Shown piece after piece: positions 38,053-51,071 of a stretch of 64,000 bases of DNA. The notes beneath the pieces are model-generated. The model did not search any database and was not told the origin of the DNA. It saw only the letters and a program-made list of their open reading frames with translations. This DNA is from Chrysomallon squamiferum. Taxonomy: Eukaryota; Animalia; Mollusca. How positions within the stretch are numbered: the stretch's first letter is position 1; the number at the start of each line of letters is the position of its first letter. The stretch lies in contig CM022665.1 in assembly GCA_012295275.1 (NCBI GenBank), forward strand, positions 24,862,001 through 24,926,000. The letters run 5' to 3'. The position numbers and the translations under genes are program-made.

Positions 38053-38947
38053 TTAACGACCGTAGATGCCGCCTCTAATCATGCCTCCTCCAGCCATACC
38101 TCCTCCAACAAGACCTCCTCCAACCATACCACCTCCAACCATGCCTCCTCCAACCATGCCTCCTCTAACCATGCCTCCTCCAACCATACCTCCTCCAACC
38201 ATACCACCTCCAACCATACCACCTCCAACCATGCCTCCTCCAACCATGCCTCCTCTAACCATACCTCCTCTAACCATACCACCTCCAACCATGCCTCCTC
38301 CAACCATACCACCTCCAACCATGCCTCCTCCAACCATGCCTCCTCCAACCATGCCTCCTCCAACAAGACCACCTCCAACCATGCCTCCTCCAACCATGCC
38401 TCCTCTAACCATACCTCCCTAACCATACCACCTCCAACCATGCCTCCTCCAACCATACCACCTCCAACCATGCCATGCCTCCTCCAACCATGCCTCCTCC
38501 AACCATGCCTCCTCCAACAAGACCACCTCCAACCATACCACCTCCAACCATGCCTCCTCCAACCATGCCTCCTCCAACCATGCCTCCTCCAACCATACCA
38601 CCTCCAACCATACCACCTCCAACCATGCCTCCTCCAACCATGCCTCCTCCAACCATGCCTCCTCCGACTATGCTTCCTCCTGCCATGCCTCCTCCAACCA
38701 TACCACCGCTGAATCCTCCCATCATTCCATATCCTCCATACCCTCCATACCCTCCATACCGTGCCATGGACAAACCTCCAACACCAAATCCTCCATATCT
38801 GTAACCACCAATACCATATCCTCCGTATCCTCCATATCCTCCTAGGCCGTAACCTCCATAGCTACCCATACCGTACATTGGCATCATCATGCCAGCAGAG
38901 GCAAGAGTCAAACAGGCCAAAAGAGTGACAATAATAGCCTTCATCAT
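38053..38947 (-). CDS. Long Gly/Tyr/Met-rich protein, gene 9 (~296 aa if repaired; ~42 MVGGG-type repeats), two frameshifts in the repeat
   Basis: Start [18 protein letters not shown] at 38947, GGY block, 15-bp tandem repeat, end IYGR* at 38053. There is a 5-nt duplication (tgcca) at ~38471-38475 and a 1-nt deletion at ~38418. 895-4=891 nt restores the frame. Intron donors at 39097 and 38042. Confidence 0.85.
38080..38705 (-). repeat. Coding 15-bp minisatellite (ATG GTT GGA GGA/GGT GGC/GGT)
   Basis: aaccatgcctcctcc and aaccataccacctcc units repeated about 42 times on the + strand. Confidence 0.95.
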
Positions 38948-39097
38948 TTTGAAAATCTGCAAATTAATAAATAAATAAATAAAAATAATGTGATCAAAAT
39001 GAATGAATGAATGAGTGAATAAATAAATAAACTTTAAAATTTTACGACTTAATATATTGATTTTCTTTACCTTACATACATAATAATACATACTTAC

Positions 39098-39242
39098 CAA
39101 CAGTAGTAGAGAGAAAATGTTCAAGTGATAGTCAGTTTTGAAGTGATACTAAGAAGCATCTATCTACCTCTATATATACTAGATGTATCTTGTAACCAAT
39201 CGACAGTCCTCAATCAGAAGTCATCACTTGACCTCATCAGAT
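39098..39242 (-). promoter_or_regulatory. Gene 9 promoter and exon 1, nearly identical to the array-type promoter
   Basis: The reverse complement matches 9824-9966 almost base for base (TGATGAGGTCA, ATTGG, TATATATA at 39171-39178). Confidence 0.75.
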
Positions 39243-39913
39243 TTTAATTAAATTTATTTTAACTGACCTAATCCTGTCTACGGTACTTTTAATTAAAAGT
39301 ATTTGTCGCAGTCAAATAGAAACTAATCGTATTACAGCATATAATTTTTACTTGAGAATGTAATGTCGATCAGTCTGTATGTGCAGCTACATATAGAATA
39401 ATAATGATGATGATAAAAAAGTAAATAAAATTTAAAATAAATTCAAACTAACATCGAGGTAAAAATTAAAATTAAATAAATAAATTAATTAAATATTTCT
39501 AACTGGTAATTATTATTATTATTATTATTATTATTAAAGGAGTAGTAATACATCAAAACGATAATGTATTAAAAACGGTAACACCAGAAGATGCTGTAGG
39601 AAACTTTTGGTTGTAGTAACATCAAGTTATGACGTTAATGTAGTCATTAAAGAAAATGGGAAACATCAACAAGCTGATAATCTGAAGGTAGTGTCATGTT
39701 TTCCTAGTAAGTCTAAATGTTATTTATCAGCATCGTCAAGGAACAGTTTCCGAGCTGCTACAGGAGGTTAGGTCTGTGCATTATGATTAACTATCTGTTT
39801 AATATAATCAAGTTAGTTTATCATGTTTATGTAAAGCGCCTTATCTCTAATGAAAATTAATGAGGTTAAGGACGTACCAGCCAAATAGTGTATTTTTTCA
39901 TCTTCTTCTATTT

Positions 39914-39945
<32 letters not shown>

Positions 39946-41523
39946 TATTTTATCCTTCGTCATGGTTTTTTTTCTTAATGAGTAAGATGTTAACATGACG
40001 ACAAACCTTATATCTGTTGAGTTATTGCACACACAAACTCTTGCTTGTATTCCGCGCGGTCAATCCAAACACTGCAAAGCTCATTAAAAAGTATAGCGAC
40101 TCTGGACGTAACTAAAACTCAAAGCAATTGTCTTCTTCAAAAGTATTCTTGACCAAACTTTTTTCCTTCAGTGAAGAAATGGTATGTATAAGGTTAGTGG
40201 CATGACTGTTTAAAATGAATGTACGAAAGTAATTTTAAAGATAGTTCAGATGTTAACAGTTATTAGGAGTTAAACCAAAGTTTATATACCGTCCATACTT
40301 TATTCTTTTTAACTGGTAGCAAGGGTTATTCTGTATGCACCCTCCCATAAACGTGAACACATGACCTTTACAATAAAGTCTTTGAACAAAGTCAGGAAAG
40401 GAAACAACTGACAGATATGTGTCTTTATACCATGTAAAAATTAAGGTTTTCTTCATTTTCTGTATTTGAGTTCAAATTAAGCTGTATCATAACATGTGAA
40501 TCCCTTTCCATTTTTCAGACACGGGATAAAGATTTGCTCCTGTCGCTTACTTGTTATTATCTTTCTTCTGTATAAATAATAATTTGAAGAATATTGCTAA
40601 ATATGCAGAAACCCTAATAAAAATGTGTTTTTGACAATATGGTATTTAATTTAGTAGTCTGGCAAAGGGAAACCACCACACAAAAAAATTCTGGCACGAT
40701 ATATAAACGTGTGTTGAACATTTTGCTTTAGATTTCATCGCGCACTAAATGATTAAACTCAAGATTTTTTTTCCATCTTTGCCTTCTCTATTACTGTACC
40801 CGCCAACATCAGACATGCAGACTTTCAGCGGTTCTTTATTCCAGAAAAAAAGTAAATTATTGTAATACGTGTAATAATTGGTTACATTTTTCATCTAACT
40901 CGTACAACCAGACACCTGTTCTAAAACAAAAATTAAAAATTAAAAAATTAAAAAACTTCTTACTCAAATTAGAGGATTATACGTGAGTTATATTAACGTA
41001 TATTTTTGGCACTAAGAACAAACACCTATCAACATTGTATTATATAATGTGATTAGTTTAACTGTGTCTTGAGACTAATGTTGGCCAACAATTAAAGTAC
41101 AACGCACGCAAAGCTGTTTTACATTTCGTAATGGTCGTACAGAGTCAGATTTTCACATCAGAAGTAGGCCCACTACTGTATTATTTCTTTAAAATACTGT
41201 GAACTAATGGATGTTGCTTTAACGACGTCATAGTACATTTATTTAATTAACAGTTATTAATTATATCTGTCATGTAATTTTGCAATGACAAAAAAAAAAA
41301 AAAAAAAAATAAAAATAAAAATAAAAATAAAAAATAAAAAATAATATTAATAATAATAGATGAAAAATATAAAACATATTTGTTCTATACACTGGATTTT
41401 TTCTCTTAATTGTAAAACAATGGTAGTTGACGCCATTATTTAACTGCTGTCATATTTAGTAATTAAAGATCTTCTGTCGGCATCTTCCAACAAACAGGAC
41501 AACACATACGACGGACTTTGGTA

Positions 41524-41580
41524 TACAGGGACTCCCCTACATACGAACACTGTGTTGCGAACATTCGATGATACGAACAC
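41524..41580 (+). mobile_element. Possible pogo/Tigger-like transposon terminus
   Basis: TA followed by cagggactcccctacatacgaac, with internally repeated (t)acgaaca motifs, as seen in pogo/Tigger ends. No partner end was found. Confidence 0.3.
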
Positions 41581-42038
41581 TTTCCTGTTAAATCGTAAAG
41601 TTTAGCTCGATTTTCTTTGTGATTAATTATATATTTACTATGTCTGGAATTAAGCGCAAAAGCTGTGATAATGCAGGTGGAAGAGCCAAGCCTTCACAAC
41701 GGAAACCTAAGTGGACGTAATGAAAAAGCATTAGCACGAACAGAATTCAAGTTATTATAAACTTTATTTTAATTATTACCTCTTTTTTTTGTGTTTGTTC
41801 AGGATGTATTTGTTCCCTGTATTCGCATATTGTTTACTCGTCTAGGTTACTTGATGTTCACGCACACAAACACACACACACACACACTTACTTACATACG
41901 TACATACACCATTCAATGTAAATGTATGTTCAGTTTATATCATTTGCTAGTTGTCAGACTAAATACCAATTGTTTATAATTATAGCTGCACCTGTATGGT
42001 CAGTCATTACACCATATACTTTTCTAGGTTACTTGATG

Positions 42039-42097
<59 letters not shown>

Positions 42098-42556
42098 ACG
42101 TACATACATACGTACATACTGTCAAACTGTCTGTAAATCTATGAACACAGGTATTGGATTATCTGCCTCCCTGCTTGCCTGTGAATATAACATATGCCTT
42201 TGTTTTATTGTATGAAGGATGTCTCTCTGTCCGTTTGTATGTGTGTATGTGTATGTATGTATGCATTTGTGGGTATGTCCGTACGTACGCATGCACTTGT
42301 GTCTACATATGTGTATGTGTACGTATATGTATCTATAAATATAAATGCGATCATAAAAAAAGAATTTAACAGCACGTGAACAGTAGCTCTGCTCTGAGCA
42401 AAATCTAAGTGAACTCGTTCGTCAGGGAAGTGTCGGGTTGCAAACCGAGTTTATCGTACGTTCACGCATAACGAAAGCTGTGATTACGTCTACGAGTCTA
42501 GAGTTAACTCGTTGCGAATCTTCTTTCTGACCTTTCACGAACCAGGCATCGCTCAC

Positions 42557-42900
42557 CGATTAGATAATCTCAAAGCTGGTCCAACATTTTTCAGAGCTTC
42601 TCGTTGATTTCTGTTGGACGCTCCGTTCCAAAAAAAACTCCCATGTGATAGTCGCTGAGCGGAGAAGTGACACTCGTTGCGTGTTGCCGGGAATTGGTAC
42701 CGCGAAGAGCGAACCGATCGCTGCTTTATAGAATTACAGCTGCGTTTTCTTGTTTGCTGCGCGGATTTGACAGCAGCCGAACACATGGTATTCCACGCCA
42801 TGCCGGTTTAATCAGAAAATCGACTCCGGATAAACGGCGGATAACGACTGTCGGACAAGATTTAGAATATCGCTTTATTGAATAGGAAAGGTTGTGCGGG
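42557..42900 (-). other. CpG-rich segment, candidate first exon of a minus-strand transcript
   Basis: CpG-rich island in AT-rich DNA, ending in a donor-like CG|GTGAGC at 42557/42556. No recognisable protein. Confidence 0.3.
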
Positions 42901-44283
42901 AAATCAACACCTCCTGATGAAAAGAAGGGTTATTCTGATTATATTACTCTACTAGTTTGTTTTTGTGACAACGACGATGATGATAAAGATTGTTATTATT
43001 ATTTAATTAATAAATAAATAGATGATGATGATGATGATGATGATGATATATGTCTGTTTCTTTCTCTTTCTCACACACACACACACTCACATACAAACAC
43101 AAACACTGTATGTATATTTTATTACTTAATTATAAAATACGTAATGTGCGCTATTTGTCTTTCGCTATAAGAATGTGTATGCGTGCGTATGTGATAACGT
43201 GTGTATTTATGTTCATAAGTGAGCACTTGTTTGTATAAAAGAAATTTTTAGAACAAATCTATTTGCCGCCTAGTTTTTAACTAGTTTCACGTAATAATAT
43301 CATTTGCTTACCTTCTGTAACATAAAAGAACAGGGAAACAGATTAATGTAACACTGGTTAGAACGAGAAAACCCGTTCATCCAACTAATATTCTTTCATA
43401 AAAAAAAAAAACATTGGATGTTAAACAAATTATTTTATTCGTTCGGATAATAATCATATTTTGTTTGTTCTGCATGCATGCGTGCGTGTGGGCGTATGCA
43501 TTTTCGTGTAGTTGTTCTGCAAGTCACGAAAAACAACATTCTAGTCATTCATTCATTCAGTAATATCTGTTATTGATTTTTTGGTGTTCTTCGATCGCTC
43601 GCACCTCATCCTATTAATGTAGCACTGAAATAATTACAAACTGGACGAAATGACCTATCTGTACAAGTTGTAATTGTGTCATCGGGTTTCTCAGAACGGT
43701 GTTTAAGTGTAAAAGTGTTTCATTAGTCAGCAATTGATGCAGTATATTCTCAGTTATCAAATATCTACTTTATTAGAAAAAACGTTTGGAATGCATTTTG
43801 ATGAAACTTTAAGCTAATATACACGCTATGTATATCCCTTGTTTTCATATTATTATTATTTCATCACGTTATCCTAAGCTACGTTGTGCTGTATTACTAC
43901 TACTGCTAACACTACCACTACCACTACTACAACGACTACTAATAATACTACTATTATTAGTAGCAGTAGTACTAGTAGTAGTAGTAGCAGTATTAGTGTT
44001 ATTACATCTACAGAAAAAGCTACGGAATATTCCTGTCGCATAGCAGCCAGGGAAATGTTACATATTTCTAATTCCTGTAGACGAGAATAAATATTATGGC
44101 ATTTGATAAACCAGTCGTAGTGAGTCTGGTTAGAACGGGAAATACAGAGTGGGTGCCATTAGAAGTCATCGAGCGACTAGCCTGACCGTGTCAAAAAAAA
44201 AAAAAACTTTCATTTTTATTTATGTTTATATTTTATTTGATTTTGATTCATTTTTATTTTATTTTATTTTATTTTATTTTATT

Positions 44284-44326
<43 letters not shown>

Positions 44327-44689
44327 TTTGTTTATTTATTTAATATTAATGCGGGTCATCTCACTGTTAAAAATTAAAAACTCCAAAAAAAAACAAAAAA
44401 ATGTTCTGTTAGTGTATAATTAAATTAATTTCCACCAGAACCGCTTACTTGCATAATCCCCGTCCCCAACCACAAACCTCAGTCAGCCCCGCTATGATAT
44501 CCCAGTCCTTCCATCCTAAACCTGCCGACAACATCCCGCACTATTAATTGCTTATTTGCGAGATAACCACTAGAAGAAGATGCCTGTTTGCTTCTAATTA
44601 CCGACAGTATTGGCAAAAAGGTGAAACGGCTTGAACATGGGTTTCTATTAACACGCTACGTTATTTGGCCTGGAAACATAATGCACGTA

Positions 44690-44850
44690 ACAACCCACGC
44701 CAATCACTTGTTCCATATCCAAGAACTCATCTGAGAGGGAAAAAAAAAAAAAAAAATAAAAAAATAAAAAAATAAAGTACAGGTGAGACTCGCTAGATCT
44801 CGCTGCCGTCTCCGTCATTCTCGGCAGTTCTCGTATTGACTGGCGTTCAG
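44690..44850 (+). other. Candidate promoter and non-coding first exon of the gene whose CDS starts at 49181
   Basis: gccaatca at 44700, GC-rich 44788-44850, strong donor CAG|GTAAGA at 44851. Candidate acceptor cttcttttcacag at 48690. Confidence 0.45.
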
Positions 44851-45187
44851 GTAAGACGATTATTCAAAACACGTTCGTCTTTCTCTTATTGTTGTTAGTA
44901 TTATGAATGATATATATGTTGCGTATAATTCAATATGTAAAATTGTATGTGTGTAGATATGTATTTTAATACATGATAATTTAATTACATATATATATAA
45001 TTAAATTATCATGTAGCAATTTTTGTATTTGAATATAAGTCAGTATTTTATAAAATTTCAGTATATAATGTTGAATAAAATAATAATGTAATGACTAACC
45101 GTATATATTCATCTATGATTATAAACAGTTGGTACTTAGTCTGACGACTAGCAAATGACATAATCTGAACATACATTTACATTCAAT

Positions 45188-45221
<34 letters not shown>

Positions 45222-45721
45222 AGAGAGACAGACAAAACAAATGTAATAGCTGGTACGTGAAACAATAATTTATTATGTATATTTGAATATAACTGTATAA
45301 CGAAAAGCATAAAGCATATATAATTGAATGTGTAAATTTCAACATATTTATCGATTAATTTTATTTTGTTTTTCGATTCAGTTATTTTCTTTCATTATTT
45401 ACGAGTTTTACTTTGTTGTACTAAAATTAATAGTTATTGCTCAAGTACTTTGTTTTATTTTAATTTATTATTTATGGTTTCCGTGGCGGGGTTAGTAATC
45501 AGATTTGTTCAGCTATTTACTTTTTTAAATTAAATATTCTTTCTTTTTGTGTTCTCATATTTAAGCAACGTTTCTCTGATGTTAAATAGAGTGAAGTTAT
45601 TTATCAAAACTTGAAGTGTATAAAGTGCGTAAATCGATTCTACCTAGGATAGTCTGTTCATCAAAGCATTTTCTCTTGCATAAATGTCAGGTTGTATAGC
45701 ACTGTGCATGTTAAAATTTGG

Positions 45722-45775
<54 letters not shown>

Positions 45776-46318
45776 ACGAAATGCAAGCAAATAAAATAGC
45801 GAAAAATATAAAGCTGAATTTACCAGTCCCCGTTTTGTTTTTCTCTTGAACGAGTAAAACTGATAAAATATACAATGCATAAAGCTACTACGTTTATTTT
45901 TTTTAAATTTAATTTTATTTCAAATATTATTCTAAATTATAAAAATAAAATAAAAAAATAAAATAAAATAAAACACAGTAAAATAAAATAAAATAAATTA
46001 AAAGAAAATAGAATTAAGCGAAAGAAAGAAGGCTTCACATATCTGTCACCTAATGTTTTGTTTATTTTGTTTATTCGTCTTCTGTTATTAGTTAACAGTG
46101 GTGTTTCTTTTCCTTCGTTTGGAATTCGATTCTAACCCTTTTCCTCTGGCCGTCTTTAGTTCAATGTTCCAGATATCACTTGAGGAGTGATAGGTTGCAA
46201 GATCAAATCCTGGGTGTACCAAATTCGCTATTCATTCATTTAACCAGAACACTACACTAGTATCAAAGATATCGTGTAAAAGACCCTTTGGTTATAATGA
46301 GCAAGAGTTTCCCACAAA

Positions 46319-46349
<31 letters not shown>

Positions 46350-48008
46350 GAAAATAATTTTAAATAAATGAATGAATTGTTATTTAAATACCAAAGACAC
46401 CATGTAAAAGATCTCTTGGTTATAGTCAGCAAAGTAATGTAACGGCAGCTTGTTTCGTTTCTGCTACTGTAATTTTAAAATTTAACGACTGAAACTTAAC
46501 ATTTGTGAATATGAAAATATTTTGATCTTTAAAAGAACAATTCTATGTATTTTATTTATTTATTTATTAAAAAAATAAAAGTTGTCCCAGAAACGTCGAT
46601 CAGTGTCCGCCTGTAATAAACAGAAAGTTCACGAATTACCACAAATGTCCATCTTTAAAGTTGACCAGCGGCCGGACGAGTAAATGCTTTAATACAATTA
46701 ATTATGCTTCAGAGTTGTAATTTTACTGTTTTGAGGTCACTTATCATCACTTACAACAAAGCATGACAGTAAAATAATATTATTACAAAAAAACAGGTGA
46801 ATGCCACCATTTTAAACCTTTATAACTGAAGTTATAACATCATCGCAAATGTGGCCGGGCGATAGCTTATTTGTTCTTACGCTAGAAGAAACTTCAGAGA
46901 AAACAGACCCGTCCTTTATGCGATGACGTCACAATTACAGAATTCTGGCGGCTGTTTAAGGTGGTTTTTTTTTTGTAGGTGTTTTTTTGTAGTTTTTCTT
47001 TTTCTTAAACTGAACTCATTTGTTGTTTGCTTCGTTATTGAAATTGGTCGGTAAAAAGAAACACTTTAAAACTAAATTTAGAAGTGTACAGAATATATTT
47101 AGACTTTTTCTGCATCTCTCCACAGATACACTTAAAAAAATGTTTCTACAATATCGCTTATCTATTCATATAATGCATGCACGTCTTGGATCCACGCAAG
47201 CATACTACCACTAATCTCTAGAATTCATTCTGTTTTCGGTTTTTTGTGACGTCATTTTGTAGGAAAAATAGTAAAGAGAGAGAGAGAGAAGGAAAAAGAG
47301 AGAAGAGAGAGAGAGAGAGAAACTTGAAAAATTAATTGATCCAATAAATCATTGCAATGATGCCGTGTCCTCAGTCTGACAAGAGTTTGTTTTTACATTT
47401 CTGTGTACGATGTTGCGTCATGGAACAAAAATATTGCCTAGGAATATTCATCACCATAAGCTTGTTAATTTATTGTCATACTTTATTATGAGCTAAGGCT
47501 GTTGGGAGATAATAATGATTAAGATAGTAACTTGAAAGTATACAAAATGCATTATTTATTTATTTACTTACTTACTTATTTATTGTCCATTGGTATCACT
47601 TGAGATACACTTTAAGAGTTCGCCTGCCCTGGATATACTTCTTGTCACTGTCATAAATCTCCACTGTAGATCGAAACGTACCCGAGTCTTATAAATAACA
47701 AAAACAAATCAATGATGCGTAGATTGAAATCAATATTGACCAACGATGTGGGATATTAGCTTCGTTGTAGTCTTAATTATTAACCGGATCGAGCTCCCCA
47801 TCAGAAACACCGACAGAAAAAACAAAACAACAGAGAGGCACTTAATTAAAAAAAAAAAAAAAAAAAACATCGAGCTAATCTATAGAGATCTAAAACTGTA
47901 CTGAAATTAAAATTTCTATTTTATTATAATATAGCTTGCGTTGGCGGTTTCTGAGTGTAGTCTGATGCTATTTTGTTTTGTGTTTTAATTTTGAATTATT
48001 TTTCCCTC

Positions 48009-48044
<36 letters not shown>

Positions 48045-49112
48045 TTTATTTTGGTTAATTATTGTAATTAATAAATTTTCTGAAGGTAACTTTTAGGGCA
48101 GTAAGGCAATAAATCATACTCCACTGTTAGCTGATTTATATCTTTTTTTCTATTATTCTTCGGATCTTTAACTCTTTTTAAAGTTATTTATTAACTGAAG
48201 TTAAAAAGAAAAGAAAAAACCTGTGAATGAGAATGTGTGCATGTGTGTTTGTGTGTGTGTGTGTGAGAGAGAGAGAGAGTTTAGTATAGTGTGTTTTTGC
48301 TATTAATGATGTTGTTGTTTTTCAGATTGATCCAACGTGTTTATTTATTCAGCTTTATTTCGTTAACCTTCGAAATCCTCGTCATAACGTTACGTCTGTG
48401 TGAAAATAGTTAATAAACAGTGTGTTTTTTTCTCTTTTACTTGTCATACTACGTATTTTTCAACACGAAGTTTATACGTCATTGGAATCTTTCCAATTTG
48501 GGCAACCCGACTTACCATTATCTTTTGAATCTAATATTTCGAATAATAATAATAAAAAATAAAAATAAAAAATAAAAAATTTATTATATCTATATTAAAA
48601 AAACAAACAAAAAAAAAAACAAACAAAAAAACACAACAACATATAATCAACAATTTTCCTTCAACAAATGTTCCGTCCTTCTTTTCACAGATTACCTCAC
48701 GTAGACGTCACGGCTTCTTGAAGCTCAAACTTCTTCAGTGACAGGGAGGAAGAGAAAAGAAAATCGCTTCTATCATAAGCCTGTTTTGAGAGCCAATCGG
48801 TAACTAGCCACGCTTCGTGCGGGATAGACGCGTCAGACTCGTTCAAGATGAAACAGACATTGCCAATTCCTCGCCAAGATACGCATGGGAGTACGTAGAC
48901 ACGGGATCTCTGCTAACAGTGGGATAAAGACGAACGTAATATCAAGTTTAGCCGAGATAACGTGAAATAGATTCACTTGGTGCGTTTTAAAAAAGGATAT
49001 TTCAAATATATGTATATGTATATGTATATGCATATTTTTTTTAAACTTCGGACAAAAAAGTGCAGAGAGTTTTAAAGGGAGGTGCAGCAAGTTCTATTTG
49101 ATTCTGCCAGCG

Positions 49113-49147
<35 letters not shown>

Positions 49148-49180
49148 TTTCATGTTTGTGTATGGTTACTGAGTTTTACG

Positions 49181-49306
49181 ATGAATGGATACCTGTTGTT
49201 CAGTGTTTTGACATTATCATGGACTTTATCCATCACTGTTGCGTCATCGGCGGAGAATTTAGGATTTGTGACGACGGTTAGATGTCGAGTGAACTGTTTG
49301 AAATCG
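49181..49306 (+). CDS. First coding exon (42 codons) of a secreted or membrane Cys-containing protein; remainder not identified in the window
   Basis: acgATG, hydrophobic signal peptide MNGYLLFSVLTLSWTLSITVASS, then AENLGFVTTVRCRVNCLKS, and a phase-0 donor G|GTGAGT at 49307. An RCxxxCL motif just after the signal peptide recalls the anosmin-1/KAL-1-type Cys-rich N-terminus (tentative). Confidence 0.6.
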
Positions 49307-51037
49307 GTGAGTATTAAATTTAATCTTACTTTAACAGGTGCTGAAAAATTAAAACGAAAGAAGAAAACGTTCTAAACAAACAAAAGTTTTATAATATAAT
49401 AAACTAACAAATATTCACGCTTAAAGTAATGAGGCCACAAATTCTGGATATTGTTTACAACAAAGCATAGAATGGGATTAAATGTTACGATGGTAAACAG
49501 TCCAGCACAATCGCGTAACATGCATACAGACACACGGACGCGCCAGTATTTACTCATAAAGCTGTTAATATTTTAAACAGATCCGTTATTTATTTATTTA
49601 TTTATACGCAGATAGCAAGGTAGATTTATTACCTATAGAATACAGTTATTTCATTTATAATTCCATTCATGTAATATCTTACTGGCATCATCCTAAAACA
49701 AACGAACAAATAAATAAAACAAAATAAAATAAATGAAATGAAATGAAATGTAGAAACGGTAGCGACAAGTTTATGAAACTGTCAAACCAACGCTGTAACA
49801 AACTCAAGACGAAATGAACTTATTTTGGCACTTCAGTAATGCTGTTTGTACGTTAAAAAGAATTATAATATTAATCATATAGGCATTATTTAGATAAAAA
49901 AATATATATATATTATCTAACTCAAGCAAACATTTTCGGTGACTTGTTTTGGCTATCTGAGCTTCTGTTCATTTTTTTTGTTTTACTTTTCTAAAACGAC
50001 CTGCAAGCTGAAAGTAATAAAAAGGTAACAGAGAAAATGTATCAAGACTGACTGGCATTAGCAGATGATGATAACAAAACGGAACAATTGTTTTTTAAAA
50101 AAAAAGAAGAAGAAGAAGAAAAAACGTTAAACAACTTGATAATATACAGAGTTAAACTGCAATAAAACTTTAATCTTTAAACACGGTTTTGGGGGGATTT
50201 TTTTTTTTTTTTTTTTTTTCTTAATACTTACAGTGATTTTAAAATGCATTAAACAGATCGAAAAGAAATTTTAAATATTTTTTATTAGCTGTATTATTTT
50301 AACATTACATAAAACTATTTGCATAGGAATTAGGCCTCTATAATTTAGTTTTGTAGAAAACACAGTACCAGATTTTATTTTAAGCTCTTATTAGTGGGCT
50401 TCTATTCGTTCAGATTAAAACACGGTCAACGTGGGTGTCTGACAGTTGTATTGTTTTTTTCTGTAATAGATGGCAGATTCCCAGCTTATGTGGGCATGAG
50501 TTATTTTCACGTTTCTATCAGGTAACTGTTTGAACTTGCTTGTCGAAGGGACGGACAGTTTGACTTTGGTCAGAAGGTTCTACTATATCTAAGATCAGTG
50601 TATTTACATTATACATATATTTATTCGATTAAACGAGGGAATCGAGACATACTCACAGACAATGTTTATCGCTGCCAGTTTGCTTTGTTACTCGAATTTC
50701 AACAACAACAACAACAAAATTCTTTATATTCTCATTCTTTGAAGTGTACTTACAAAAAACAACATGCACTCCGTGTCACTTGTTAAGACGGTAATCGTGT
50801 ACTCGTAATGCAATTTAGTACAGAACCTACCTTCTCTGCGAATAGACTGAGTTACACTCATAAACGAAAAGGAAACGTATTCAGCAAACGTAGATAGATT
50901 AATTGCCGTTTGCTTTACACCATTATTTCACTTAACCGTTAACAAACCTGGTTCCTGGGCAAGGATTCACCGGTGATTGAAAGCCGATATTGTTAATTAT
51001 TCAGTTAAAAGGATATTATAAATATCGAACGTTTTTG

Positions 51038-51071
<34 letters not shown>

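Larger units (their letters stand above)
41907..45191. repeat. ~104-bp inverted repeat pair (41907-42010 and 45088-45191)
   Basis: caccattcaatgtaaatgtatgttcagtttatatcatttgctagttgtcagactaaataccaattgtttataat..gtcattac matches the reverse complement of 45088-45191 with scattered mismatches. Confidence 0.85.

Noticed and set aside
38079-38652. WLEEA-repeat ORFs, and the MEATVW/DGRW alternative-frame ORFs over genes 1, 3 and 6
   Set aside because: They are alternative frames of the repetitive CDS, exposed by frameshifts, and not independent genes.
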